This document shows, piece by piece, positions 63,007-64,000 of a DNA stretch of 64,000 bases. Position numbers and translations under genes: made by a program. The notes under the pieces are model-generated. The model had not been told where the DNA came from. It searched no databases and worked only from the letters and a program-made list of their open reading frames with translations. Within the stretch, counting starts at the first letter, position 1. Every line of letters starts with the position of its first letter. This stretch comes from a virus (Duplodnaviria; Caudoviricetes), in the IMG/VR virus record IMGVR_UViG_3300020036_004254; one strand, given 5' to 3'.

Positions 63007-63035
63007 TTGACAAACACCACATCCGGTGGTACTAT
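63007..63035 (+). promoter_or_regulatory. Sigma70-type promoter TTGACA-N17-TACTAT
   Basis: Promoter family member. Confidence 0.8.
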
Positions 63036-63057
63036 ACGGAGGTCGGAAGACCATAAA

Positions 63058-63176
63058 TTCCCTCTCGTTCTCAATTTCAAGTCTGACGAACGGTTGATTA
63101 ATGACTTGGTGCGAACTCCACAGCAGAAGCGGTTGCCTTAAGACAGTAAGCGCAACATTGAGTGGGGAAACTGTCA
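63058..63176 (+). ncRNA. Unknown multibranch RNA with a 3' pseudoknot
   Basis: CTCAAT/ATTGAG, CAAGTC/GACTTG, GTTGC..GCAAC; loop GACAGT pairs with 3' ACTGTC. Confidence 0.5.
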
Positions 63177-63179
63177 CAT

Positions 63180-63254
63180 GGCGCATTGGTGTAATAGGCT
63201 AACACGCAGGATTTTCACTCCTGAGACTTACGAGTTCGAGCCTCGTATGCGCTA
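63180..63254 (+). tRNA. tRNA-Glu(UUC)
   Basis: Acceptor GGCGCAT/ATGCGCT; CAGGA-ttTTCac-TCCTG; GTTCGAGC. Confidence 0.85.
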
Positions 63255-63293
63255 TTAGGACAAAAAGACAACAAAAGTAGAGAGTTCGACTCG

Positions 63294-63301
63294 TATAAAT
63301 A
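63294..63301 (+). promoter_or_regulatory. T4-type late promoter TATAAATA
   Basis: Upstream of the endonuclease ORF. Confidence 0.75.
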
Positions 63302-63325
63302 CTAGCAACCTCATCAGGAGCTAGT

Positions 63326-64000
63326 ATGGTTGTAAAGTGTAAATGTGGAGCGGACTTTGAGAATGTCGGTAAATATGGGATTCGTAAGTTTTGTTCGCGG
63401 AAGTGTGCCAACAGCCGTGGACCGAGAACAGAGGAAACCAAGAGAAAGCAATCAATGTCTCTTGTTGGTCGTAATGTTGGTGGAAAACTCGCCAACCCAC
63501 TTCTCAAAGAGAAAAGAAAATGTTTAGGGTGTGATAGCAAATTTGAGTGTTACAAAAAAGCATCCAAACGTTGGTGTTCTCTTAAGTGCAGTAAGAAACT
63601 CTCTGGTGGGTACAGGGAGGGTTCTGGGAACGGGAAGTCTGGGTGGTACAAAGGAATCTTCTGCAATTCTAGCTATGAATTAGCATGGGTGGTTTATCGC
63701 TTAGACCACGGATTTGAAGTGAAAAGATTCTCGGGGTACTTGACTAATGGTGTGTTGAAGTATTATCCTGATTTCATCGTGGGTGACAAACACATTGTTG
63801 AGATAAAGGGGTACCATCGTAAAGAGGTTGATGAGAAGACCGAGCTTGCTAAATCTTTGGGATATGTGATAGATGTCCTATACAAGACAGATTTGCGGGA
63901 GTGTTTTGATTGGATACAAACAAAGTATCACACGAAAAATGTCATCAGCCTTTATGACAACCGAAAACCGAAATTTAGTTATAGATGTCATTTCTGTGGT
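63326..64000 (+). mobile_element. PD-(D/E)xK homing-type endonuclease with zinc fingers (truncated by window end; absent from ORF track)
   Basis: AGGAG RBS; CKCG..FCSRKC, CLGC..WCSLKC, SSYELAW, YYPDF..IVEIKG. Confidence 0.8.

Noticed and set aside
61849-63186. Protein ORFs across the tRNA region (61849-62223, 62253-62561, 62623-62817 and others)
   Set aside because: They overlap tRNAs and structured RNAs, with no RBS or protein-like features

Overview
A 64-kb segment of a T4-like (Tevenvirinae-like) myophage genome, almost all on the + strand. Gene order: virion accessory proteins; neck, terminase, tail and head genes (gp13-gp23, gp3); uvsY, uvsW, gp55, gp47, gp46; pdf, clpP-like, gp45, gp44, gp62, regA; gp43, uvsX, gp41; a GH19 lysis cassette; head/virion proteins; gp61, thyX, nrdJ, trx; rnh and ligase; then the start of a tRNA region. 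Two promoter classes are visible: T4-type late (T/C/G)ATAAATA boxes and nine near-consensus sigma70-type TTGACA-N17-TAnnnT promoters. Most unusual observations: (1) gp46 (Rad50/SbcC) is extended by mirror-image repeats, with three extra CxxC motifs on the rising coil and three HxxH motifs on the returning coil, suggesting zinc staples along the coiled coil. (2) The tRNA region alternates five normal tRNAs with three tRNA mimics lacking a usable anticodon and about five pseudoknotted or multi-stem RNAs. (3) A ~230-nt structured RNA with its own promoter lies ahead of the DNA polymerase, which itself has an unusual SEYP motif A. (4) Three proteins have mucin-like (VTPS)n stalks. (5) Large head proteins are built of repeated L-x-E cleavage-like units. 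All assignments come from motif recognition and manual base-pairing; no database searches or folding programs were run.
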